From positions 3,036-67,035 of the forward strand of contig CAYVQU010000007.1 in NCBI GenBank assembly GCA_964453155.1: a stretch of 64,000 nt of DNA, given 5' to 3'. The notes under the pieces are model-generated. The model had not been told where the DNA came from, ran no database searches, and saw only the letters and a program-made list of their open reading frames with translations. A program made the translations under genes and the position numbers. This stretch comes from an uncultured Anaerolineales bacterium (GTDB taxonomy: Bacteria; Chloroflexota; Anaerolineae; Anaerolineales; UBA11858). Shown here one piece after another: positions 37,201 to 43,924 of this stretch; positions within the stretch are counted from its first letter, which is position 1; every line of letters starts with the position of its first letter.

Positions 37201-39859
37201 ACTTTACTTCAATACCATGCGCCTCCATCCAGTCCAGCAGGTTTTCTGTGATCAGGGTGGGTTGCCGCGAGCGCAGCACATATTCCGTCAGACCATCCCC
37301 CATTGGGCGAGTAGGTATTTGAATTTCTTGACTGTCTTCAACCGAAAATGGGAAAGAAAGTTCGTCGGTTTCCGCGTTGTATAGGGCGATAAATAAGGTT
37401 GAAGTATCAATCAGCCGAGACCCATACATATAAATATTTTGGATAATGGAATTGATATCCAAGTTTTGTGATAGGGTTCGGCTCATCTCATTGAGGACTT
37501 GTAACTCACTGGCGCGGGCCTGGGTTTGATCGAACAGGTTCGCGTTTTGCAGCGCATTTGCCACCTGATCTGCCATGGTTTGTAGGATGGCCACATCCTC
37601 GCCACTAAAAGCCTCTACTAATGAGCTTTGAATAGTCATTGCCCCAATCACCTGGCCACGGCTAATCAAGGGCAAGGCAATTTCTGTTTGAGTTTCCGGT
37701 AAAAGCGGGTTTACAAACCGGGTGGTTGAAGTCGTAATTTGCTCGGGAGTTTGCGGTTCGGCGCTGCGAATACATTCCCCAATCATTGAACCCCCACCAA
37801 TCTCTAATTGGTGACCGCGTTCAATTTGAATCCGCCCAGCCTCCCCAGTACCCGCGCGCAATACGGCCCAGCGACCGGGTTCCTGGGTTAGTTCGCCACT
37901 ATGATCAACAAGAAATAAACCAACATAATACAAGTCAAAGCGGTCTTGAATCAGGTTTACAGTTTGCTGAATGAGCGGGTTAGGTTCCAGGATTGAACTT
38001 GCAGCGCGGGATACTTCTGCGGCGGTTTGCAACTGAACACTGCGGCGTTTAATTTGTTCGAACAAACGGGCATTTCGGATTGCAACCGAAGCCTGGGCTG
38101 CAATCGCACTAACCAGATCAACAGTTTCTTCGTTATAGGCATTGGGCACCGAATGATCTAAAAAGAGCAAACCGATCGTATCTTCACCGGCCAATAATGG
38201 GGCTCCAATCCAGGAACGAACATGTTCGATCCCTTCAACCTTCTCCCACAAAGGATGTTCATGGGTGTCTGGGATGATGAGCGGGGTTTTGGTATCAACA
38301 ATGGACTTGACCAAGGGATCTTCTGTTAGCGGTCGTAACAGCCGGGGCGAGGCGTCTAATTTTTCGTCCCCTATTTTGCTGAAGGCCGTCAGGAGACGAC
38401 GCTGGTCGCCTTCAACACTTTGCAGTGAAGCGGTTGAGAATTCAACCACATCTGTTAACTGAGCCAATAATCGGTTACCCACATCTTCCAGTTCGAGGGT
38501 GGCGCCAACCACCCGGGCAGTCTCACTCAACGTGTCCGCGATTTGCCGGCGGCGCTGCTCCTCCTGGAAAAGCTGTGAGTTGGCCAGGGCTGTAGCAACC
38601 TGGTTGGCCATCGCGTTCAATAACTCAACATCACCTTGAGTGAAATTGTTTTGATCCGGCCGATTAATCGTTGTTATTGTCCCGAAAACTTCATCGCGGT
38701 AGATTAGAGGAACGACGATCAAAGACCCCGCTTCGGTTTGCTCCCGGACTTTTCGAGCTTCGGCAGACTCCCGCAGATCAATTTTCTCTTTAAGAGAAAG
38801 TGCGGGTTCGCGTTCTCGCATACACCACCCCGTCAAACCGTCCATTAAATCGGAATATGTGTTTTCGTTGATTTCAATAGGGGGGGCATTACTCTCAAAG
38901 AAGTGGGTTAATATTTCTTTTTGGGTGTCAAAAACAGCAATTAAGGTGCGATTAGCCGGTAGAACCTTCGTAATTGAATCAATAACCGCCTGAAGTAATT
39001 CTTCGAGATTTTCGAATGCAATTGCAGCCTGGCCCACGTTGTATAGGGCCTCGGTTCGCGACAGGGATACTTGGGTTTCCTGAAACAATCGGGCATTCTC
39101 GAGGGCAAGAGCCAACTGGTCAGCCACTTGCTCTACCAGCCGTAGTTCATCCTGGTTCCATTTTCGATTGGGGTCTGGGTCGATGATCTCCATCAATCCT
39201 AATGATTGATCTTGGAGATCAACCGGTACGGCTAAGGTTGCGGGAGCTTCGGCCGTGGCCTCAATGGCGATACTCTCTCGTTTCAAAGCACTGGCCCGGC
39301 CGACATCTGTTAGGGGTTGGGTTACCGATAAAACTTGGTCGGCCTCGATGGCCACTCCTAATGCCTGGAAATCGGATGATAATGTTTGGGTGGATCGCTG
39401 ACCGGGGTGTTCACCTTCACCCTGACCGACCGGTGGTTGAAACTTGTTGTCGGTTGGCTCAGCTATTACCTGATTTAAACCTTGCCAGCCAATAACCTGA
39501 TTTTCGTCATCAAAGATCGGTTTAATATTGACTCGAACCAATAAATCGATCCCCGAAGGAACCTCGAAATTTATTTCAAGTTCATGAAACTGCGGGTCTT
39601 CCGCAATAACCATTTCCAGGGTCTTAGCCGATTCTGCTGTCACCAGATATGAGCAGATCGATTTTCCAATAAAAGTCTCTGGGGCATACCCTAAGATGCT
39701 TTCAACTTCAGGGCTGCACGCGACATATCGACCTGCCGGGTCACATTCCCAAATCCAACCCGAGATGTTCTCATCTTCGGAGGTGGTTTTGGAAGCCTTG
39801 TCCTCTAAATCTGAAAACAGATCGTTAAGCCGGTTGTGTAATTCTTTCTGTTTTGACAT
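31241..39859 (-). CDS. Giant hybrid sensor histidine kinase: PAS + ~13-14 GAF-type repeats + HisKA + HATPase + REC (2872 aa)
   Basis: N-terminal PAS-like segment ISGWIWECDPAGRYVACSPEVESILGYAPETFIGKS. I count 14 occurrences of the GAF terminal-helix pattern (ADQLALALENARLFQETQ, ANQVATALANSQLFQEEQ, AAQASVAIRNARLFEQIK, ... ANQAAISLENARLYEEQF). H-box FLANMSHELRTPLNSIIGF. N-box LLNLISNAAKFT. G-boxes DTGLGI and GGTGLGLSIT. Receiver VLAIDDD...TLDIMLPDHDG...DYLVKP. Confidence 0.9.
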   Translation of the reverse strand: MSKQKELHNRLNDLFSDLEDKASKTTSEDENISGWIWECDPAGRYVACSPEVESILGYAPETFIGKSICSYLVTAESAKTLEMVIAEDPQFHELEINFEVPSGIDLLVRVNIKPIFDDENQVIGWQGLNQVIAEPTDNKFQPPVGQGEGEHPGQRSTQTLSSDFQALGVAIEADQVLSVTQPLTDVGRASALKRESIAIEATAEAPATLAVPVDLQDQSLGLMEIIDPDPNRKWNQDELRLVEQVADQLALALENARLFQETQVSLSRTEALYNVGQAAIAFENLEELLQAVIDSITKVLPANRTLIAVFDTQKEILTHFFESNAPPIEINENTYSDLMDGLTGWCMREREPALSLKEKIDLRESAEARKVREQTEAGSLIVVPLIYRDEVFGTITTINRPDQNNFTQGDVELLNAMANQVATALANSQLFQEEQRRRQIADTLSETARVVGATLELEDVGNRLLAQLTDVVEFSTASLQSVEGDQRRLLTAFSKIGDEKLDASPRLLRPLTEDPLVKSIVDTKTPLIIPDTHEHPLWEKVEGIEHVRSWIGAPLLAGEDTIGLLFLDHSVPNAYNEETVDLVSAIAAQASVAIRNARLFEQIKRRSVQLQTAAEVSRAASSILEPNPLIQQTVNLIQDRFDLYYVGLFLVDHSGELTQEPGRWAVLRAGTGEAGRIQIERGHQLEIGGGSMIGECIRSAEPQTPEQITTSTTRFVNPLLPETQTEIALPLISRGQVIGAMTIQSSLVEAFSGEDVAILQTMADQVANALQNANLFDQTQARASELQVLNEMSRTLSQNLDINSIIQNIYMYGSRLIDTSTLFIALYNAETDELSFPFSVEDSQEIQIPTRPMGDGLTEYVLRSRQPTLITENLLDWMEAHGIEVKLVGEMSQSWLGVPLAIGDRALGIICVQNKASHHFSDQDLELLVAIASQSAIAIQNSNLFSQTQAALSETEELVRRLALLNDLSEELSRAESFPEAYNFITTKSEQIFTADRITLAMLVPTQDAIEVVAIRGETGTTVIGDIVPLADSTLESVVQQNRTIVVPDTNQEALGAVRSFMVAPVAFGTQIVGTLNIGSLKPNAYGSRDENLLQQLVAVIGSNLENRRLLDQVQEALSETESLLSITNVASSSLELQTTLKEVLDLVLNTIDSEIGLITIANAYTGKLDLLAHELPEAMLLSIQENGLEGSLCEMVYLGKEPIYFDDLSKITDIEVSGPINLGYQSYQGVPLEAKGEILGTLCTFSTQKLSPESNDISLLSAVGQQIGVAIENANLFEQTQDQAAELAVLNEMSRVLSTLFDLDEIMGTIHEYSSRLMDTTYFFISLYNQRNDTVSFPLVYEQGELSNIPTMKKRRGLTQHVIDTKKPLLISENIEEVIKELGLEKIIIGAPAQSWLGVPLIIGDDVLGVIATQNADTPHVFNEHHQDLLISIARQSAIAIQTARLFQATQKQTDDLSILNDMGRELTTILEREQVFETVYRYTSQLLDTTNFFIATFDDEQTEISVEFNVFNGEPAETFTQPAGKGLTGYILKNGEALLLEDDVLTHMENLGAEFVPLGDSGPPLCWLGVPMLVGEKVVGVITVQSVTTPRLYDTRQRDLLASIASQTAISLQNVEFFDQTQQRSEELALINNIVSQVASSLDLSVSLDIVASELGRALNIQTGIALLNNARTTFTIIAAYSPNPERPSAVGVELPVEGNLSSQKVIETGQSLVVDDAQNDPITAPIHEVMKSHGVVSLAIMPLISAGRVIGTVGLDILEAGRRFTEEEIRLAETIIGQAASAIENSRLFSQTQQQLEDLQIIQSTTSELSESLSFEDVSKTLINSVAQAAEADSVSLFMLQGENMIRSGSYPELTAGESTIGESIPLESYPLTQQVIRTRQPSNIFADDPRLQEHARENFKAAGIAANATVPMVGPEGVIGVISLNRQTPKGTFANEDIRMATTLANQAAIAIQNSRLFDQVETALNEMAALYQASSELNTVQSYAEILSVLRNHSILGEGVVSVSVSLFDQVWDTDTQPEWLIPIARWNKLTEGPREKNQRYPLSAWSTAEDLLNPGEAVIITDIANDPRLDEVGRQVYVDHYQADSLVFAPLVAGGQWFGHIIAIYEIKQDFAENDIRQMMSLVGQAAVAIQNIRSLEDSIRKAGQLETAAEIARDTSATLSQEELLIRSVNSVRDRFDFYHSSIFLLDETGQNAVIQAATGEAGVQMMETGHGLAVGSKSIIGAVTASGEYLVINDVSQDKTHQPHPLLPDTAAELAIPLKIGNRVIGALDVQATEIDTFQDDDITVLQTLADQISVAIANARAYQAVQEAIAETERRVQDLTTLSDASQNLSRAPLETREVANVISLQIANLIPDEASCSIALLDSIDPNSMITISSLGLTEGHQGLDDDPSIWNFALSEYPATAKVLETQEVLVVNIGDEDADPAEIAYMTENKVGTMVVLPLAVKGQTIGVIEIETRHNEYSFSDDEINLLMTLANQAAISLENARLYEEQFETAEQLRELDQLKSQFLANMSHELRTPLNSIIGFSRVIMKGIDGPVTDLQQQDLGAIYNAGQHLLKMINDILDISKIDAGKMELAFEDVIVTDIINSVMSTARGLIKDKPVELIAAIEEDLPIVNADSTRVRQILLNLISNAAKFTDEGSITMTARQQTNESGLPELYISVKDTGLGIGAADQDKLFEPFVQVDGSPTRATGGTGLGLSITSLLVELHGGEIGLVSEEGKGSDFFFTLPLDDRALLPPDVDGGNTVLAIDDDMQVIHLYERYLSGSEYDIVPLTDPSKTMEFARQIQPFAITLDIMLPDHDGWQLLEELQADPQTRNIPVIICSILEDIDKGFDLGATDYLVKPILGDDFVASLNRIKEYQ
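31244..32362 (-). other. Kinase core (HisKA-HATPase, ~31595..32362) and receiver domain (~31244..31594) of the giant kinase
   Basis: Residue counting back from the C-terminus: the last 373 aa begin at QFETAEQLRELDQLKSQFLANMSHELRTPL, and the last ~117 aa form the REC domain. Confidence 0.75.
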
Positions 39860-40607
39860 ATTGTGTCAACTCCTGCGCTAGAGTGGTATATTGCTGCGCA
39901 CTCCGGCTGCTGGGGAGATAGTGGGTAATAGGTTGGCCAGCGATGGCACATTCACGCAATTTGCTGTCGGTTTGGATCATCGTATCGAAAACGGCCGCAT
40001 CGAAAGTTGTTTTGAGTTGTTGACTCAGTGTATTATGCGAACCAATGCGGATATCAAGCATTGTTATGAGAATCCGATATTTCAAACCTGGATTTTCAGA
40101 TTTTCGAATGGATTGGATCATGCTCATCATATTGCGCAGTGCATAGGCTGAGAAATATTCTGCCTGGGTTGGGATAATTAACAAATCTGCCGCGGTGATG
40201 GCATTCAGCGTAACAACCCCTAGGGATGGCGGGCAATCCAAGATGATCAAGTCATAATGGGAAATGGTTTCGAGCGCAGTTTTTAAGATTGATTTGTAAT
40301 CTTGTCGGATCGGTAAAAAGCGCTCGGTTAATCCCATTTCAGAATTTGAGGGGATCAAATCTAAACCAGGGATGGCGGTCTCACGAGAAACGCTGACCGG
40401 TTTTGCCGAGTAAAGCATCACATCCGCGATTGACCGCCGGACTTTATGGGGGGCAATCCCCATTGCCAAAGATAAATTGGCTTGCGGGTCTAAATCAACC
40501 AGCAAAACTTCGTATCCTTTCTCAACGAAAGCCCCGCCAATGGAAACCGCGGTAGTGGTTTTTGCCACTCCACCTTTTTCATTTGAAACTGCAATAACGT
40601 TCGTCAT
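39825..40607 (-). CDS. ParA/Soj/MinD-family P-loop ATPase (orphan; no ParB nearby)
   Basis: Deviant Walker A VSNEKGGVAKTTT, LLVDLDPQANLS, Walker B LIILDCPPSLG. 260 aa. Its 3' end overlaps the giant kinase start by 35 nt, and there is an 8-nt gap to the upstream gene. Confidence 0.85.
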   Translation of the reverse strand: MTNVIAVSNEKGGVAKTTTAVSIGGAFVEKGYEVLLVDLDPQANLSLAMGIAPHKVRRSIADVMLYSAKPVSVSRETAIPGLDLIPSNSEMGLTERFLPIRQDYKSILKTALETISHYDLIILDCPPSLGVVTLNAITAADLLIIPTQAEYFSAYALRNMMSMIQSIRKSENPGLKYRILITMLDIRIGSHNTLSQQLKTTFDAAVFDTMIQTDSKLRECAIAGQPITHYLPSSRSAQQYTTLAQELTQYVKTERITQPA

Positions 40608-40615
40608 AACATCAT

Positions 40616-43600
40616 TTAAGAATTTGATTCTTTCGATTGGACCACGACTTGGGCGCGCTGGGCTTGTAAGGCCTCCCGGAGTTCGCTAGCTGCAGTGTGC
40701 AGCATCGCCTGAGGATCAGTGGTTGCTCGAATTTTGGTTGTAATTTCAGTTACCAGGCGCTCGCGGGCGGCCCGCCGTTGGGTGGTATCGAGCAAGCGCA
40801 AGGTTTCGGCTGCCAGACCAAACTGCTCGCTGACAGCCTCAGCAATCGCAATATCATCGGGTGACCAAGAGTCTTTGTCGGGAGGTAAATTGAAGCCCAA
40901 AGCCCCAATGGGTTCATCGCGAAGTAGCACGGGGACGGCCAAGATTGTATTGGTGCCATTCTCGTCTGCTAAAACGATGGAACGCTTTTCTTGCATGGCG
41001 ACTTGTACTTCAGGTAGTAACTCATTTCCTAATGGAATGATATCGGCATCCGTACTTTGATATCCGGTTTTTGTCTGATTTTGTGTGAATTCAGACCAGG
41101 CCTGGGTCAAGTAACGCCGTTGCGTGCGTTCTAACTCAACCAGCGCAGTTTGGGTTTGTTCGAACAGACGAGTATTTTGAATCGCGCTGGCAATCTGGTT
41201 GGCCATCGTAGTCAGACTGGCAGCATCTTCGGGGGTGAATGCATGAGCTGCCGTGCTCTGAATAGTGAGGGCCCCAAATGTAGATCCTCGGCTGGTCAGC
41301 GGTAAGGCCATCTCTGAGCGGGTGTCTGGTAAGTGGGGGTTGCGTAAGTGTATCGGTGCTTGCTCCACTTCAAGCTGAACATCAGCTTGACCGCTCTCAA
41401 TACACCGACCGATCATGGATCCGCCACCGACCTCTAATTTCCAGTTTTGAGCCAACATTTGCTGCCCCGCCTCGCCGGTACCGGCCTGGAGGTCGGCCCA
41501 TTGCTGGCTCTCATCTACCAGGAATAAACCCACATAGTAGAGATTGAACCGATCGCGGATGACGTCCACAACACGAGGGAGCAAAACATCAACATCCAAG
41601 ATGGATGAGATTGCACCCGCAACTTCTGCCGCGGCACTTAATTGGGCCGACCGTCGTTCATTCAAAGCTAGGCTGGCTTGCATTTCATCAAACAATCGGG
41701 TATTCATCAATGCCGCGGAAATCTGGTTGGCAACTGAAGTTGCTAGACCCAGATCCATATTTGTAAAGTCAGGACTTTCGAGGCGTTTGATGAGCGTCAT
41801 TGTGCCGAAGGTTTCGCGCTGAGAATGTAGCGGCGCGATGATAATTGAACCAGCTCCGAAATCTTCCCGCCTTTTTTGTGCCTCCGGGCTTTCACGGGGA
41901 TCGGGGATCATTGTTTTTGGAGAGAAAATGGGTTCCAGATCGCGCAATGCCAACCCACTTAACCCCTCCCATAACTCTCCATAACTGGCTCGATCAAATT
42001 CTTCTGGGGCGTGGGGGCCAGCCATGCTCACCAACTCAACGGTTTCAGTAGCGGTATCGATGATGTTGATTACTACGATATCGGCCTGAGTCCCATCAGC
42101 AGTCCCTTCTACGGCTGCCTGGACCGCCTCAGCCACGCTGGTAACATCTCTTAGCCGACGGCTGGTAATATTGAGGATATTAGCGCGATTGAGGGCCGCA
42201 CTGGTGGTGACCGAGAGTTTTAGCCCATGAAGACTACTGCTGATATATTCGGCCAGATTGAGATATTGGCTGCTAATTTGGGGGCTATATTCAAAGATCA
42301 CATATCCGTGACTGGTTGTTTGGTGGTAAATAGGGCGGATGACCAATGAAACGGACTGCGTTTCTGGGAGAAGTTGATCAGGAATGATCTGACTTTTGGG
42401 GAGCAGCGTGTCGGTTAAAACCCCGGTGGAAGTAAAAAGGATGGGGATTTGATACTGGTTCGCGGCAATTTCGTTATCGGGTTGTAAAATCAACCCAAAA
42501 CCAGGGACGCCTAAAAATTGCAGCCCGTTGGCCATGATTTCGTAAAATGTAGGAAAATCCGCGGCAGTATTGAGGGCTTGTCCCCATTCACGAATATTGG
42601 TTGTGAATTGTTCGGTTGAATTTTGGCGCTGCTTCTGACCTCGAAGGGCGATATCACTTAACAGGGTTTGGGATTGAAATAGCCAGGTTTCGATTTGGGC
42701 ACTTAACGTCAACTCCTTGAAATCAGGCGGTAATAGGAATTGCCGCAGAAATCTCAGCATGTTTTGCCAGTGTTGAAGTTGGTCGGTTTGAGTTTGAAGT
42801 TGTGTGAATATCCGATTAACTGACCGGATAAATTTGGTTTCATCCTGGGTTTTGATGACGGCCGCAAAAGCAGCGATCAGGTCTGCCGTCGCCCAGGTTT
42901 CATTTGTTGGAATCTCTGCTTTCTCGTTGAGCATGGCGGAAAGCTTTTCTTTTTGTGGGGCTAAGGCGGTTACATCCAACCGGATTTCGGGTGGCGCGCC
43001 CTCGGTAGTTTGTGGCTGGATGGGCAAACATCCACAAGACTCCCTGGTCACCAGAGCGGTAGCCAGCCGGACGATTGGTTCAACTTCAATCCCGTTAATT
43101 TGTTTGAGCAGCAGTTCAACGGCCATCTGACCTTGTCGATGAATGGGTTGGTGGACAGTTGTGAGGGGCGGGGCTGAAAAATTCCCGTCTTCAATGTTAT
43201 CGAAGCCGACGACTGCGATGTCTTGGGGAACATGCAGATCAAAAGATGGCAATGCGGCCATGATCCCAATTGCCATCGTGTCATCGACACATACAATGGC
43301 ATCAACTTTGGCCTGACGATCTGTAAGCAAAGTTGTCACCGCCCCAGTAGGATCAGTATCAAAATCAGGGGGAACCACTAAGTTGGGATCGAATTCGATC
43401 TCATGATCGTTCAGGGCGGCAAGATAAGCCTGGTATCGTTCTTCGGCCTCCGAATTCCCGGCATATTGCTGAATGAAAGCAATATTTCGATAGCCATGAT
43501 CGTCAATTAAGTGAGATACAGCCTGATACATCCCCGAATGGTTATCAATTAATAAACTGGGAATATTTTCCAGCCCTAAAGCAATACTTACAGTGGGTAG

Positions 43601-43924
43601 GGAGGGAAATGTGGCCTGAATTGTTTGGCGAGCCTGTTCAGCAGTATCTGAAAATAACGTGCCGGAGGCAATAATTAACCCGGCAACTGTTTCGGCGGCT
43701 ATCAGTTCGTAAATTGCGTTTTCTTGGGCTGCAAACGGTTCATTTCCCTGAAATCCTCCCCCAATAAAAGTGACCAGGTTAACTTGAAGATTTTCAGCCG
43801 CCGCGACAACACCCTGCCATAAAGTTTGTTGATATCCCAGGGAAATATCATCAATGATGAACCCAATTGTAGGGTATGAATTCCGTTGGCTTTGAGCGGC
43901 GTTCTGTTGGGCTGCAGTGGCCAT
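40616..43924 (-). CDS. Cytoplasmic sensor protein: LacI-type periplasmic-binding-protein-fold ligand domain (no HTH) + GAF + GAF(A-type) + half-GAF + conserved tail; no output domain
   Basis: aa 17-296 (IGFIIDDISLGY...VAGLIIASG...GYRNIAFIQ...VDAIVCVDDTMAIGIMAAL...DIAVVGFDNIE...PPLTTVHQP) match the LacI/PurR sugar-binding core without the N-terminal HTH. A-type GAF RDRFNLYYVGLFLVD...LPDTRSEMALPL...ALTIQS. Tail TTQRRAARERLVTEITTKIRATTDPQAMLHTAASELREAL. Confidence 0.8.
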   Translation of the reverse strand: MATAAQQNAAQSQRNSYPTIGFIIDDISLGYQQTLWQGVVAAAENLQVNLVTFIGGGFQGNEPFAAQENAIYELIAAETVAGLIIASGTLFSDTAEQARQTIQATFPSLPTVSIALGLENIPSLLIDNHSGMYQAVSHLIDDHGYRNIAFIQQYAGNSEAEERYQAYLAALNDHEIEFDPNLVVPPDFDTDPTGAVTTLLTDRQAKVDAIVCVDDTMAIGIMAALPSFDLHVPQDIAVVGFDNIEDGNFSAPPLTTVHQPIHRQGQMAVELLLKQINGIEVEPIVRLATALVTRESCGCLPIQPQTTEGAPPEIRLDVTALAPQKEKLSAMLNEKAEIPTNETWATADLIAAFAAVIKTQDETKFIRSVNRIFTQLQTQTDQLQHWQNMLRFLRQFLLPPDFKELTLSAQIETWLFQSQTLLSDIALRGQKQRQNSTEQFTTNIREWGQALNTAADFPTFYEIMANGLQFLGVPGFGLILQPDNEIAANQYQIPILFTSTGVLTDTLLPKSQIIPDQLLPETQSVSLVIRPIYHQTTSHGYVIFEYSPQISSQYLNLAEYISSSLHGLKLSVTTSAALNRANILNITSRRLRDVTSVAEAVQAAVEGTADGTQADIVVINIIDTATETVELVSMAGPHAPEEFDRASYGELWEGLSGLALRDLEPIFSPKTMIPDPRESPEAQKRREDFGAGSIIIAPLHSQRETFGTMTLIKRLESPDFTNMDLGLATSVANQISAALMNTRLFDEMQASLALNERRSAQLSAAAEVAGAISSILDVDVLLPRVVDVIRDRFNLYYVGLFLVDESQQWADLQAGTGEAGQQMLAQNWKLEVGGGSMIGRCIESGQADVQLEVEQAPIHLRNPHLPDTRSEMALPLTSRGSTFGALTIQSTAAHAFTPEDAASLTTMANQIASAIQNTRLFEQTQTALVELERTQRRYLTQAWSEFTQNQTKTGYQSTDADIIPLGNELLPEVQVAMQEKRSIVLADENGTNTILAVPVLLRDEPIGALGFNLPPDKDSWSPDDIAIAEAVSEQFGLAAETLRLLDTTQRRAARERLVTEITTKIRATTDPQAMLHTAASELREALQAQRAQVVVQSKESNS
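43037..43876 (-). other. LacI-family-type ligand-binding (Peripla_BP) domain of the 1102-aa protein
   Basis: Coordinates from residue counting (aa 17-296). No helix-turn-helix precedes it; only 16 residues lie upstream. Confidence 0.65.

Noticed and set aside
39825-40607. ParA as a marker of a plasmid or integrated mobile element
   Set aside because: The window has no ParB, replication initiator, integrase, transposase, tRNA attachment site or flanking direct repeats. The gene is translationally interlocked with chromosomal-looking signalling genes.
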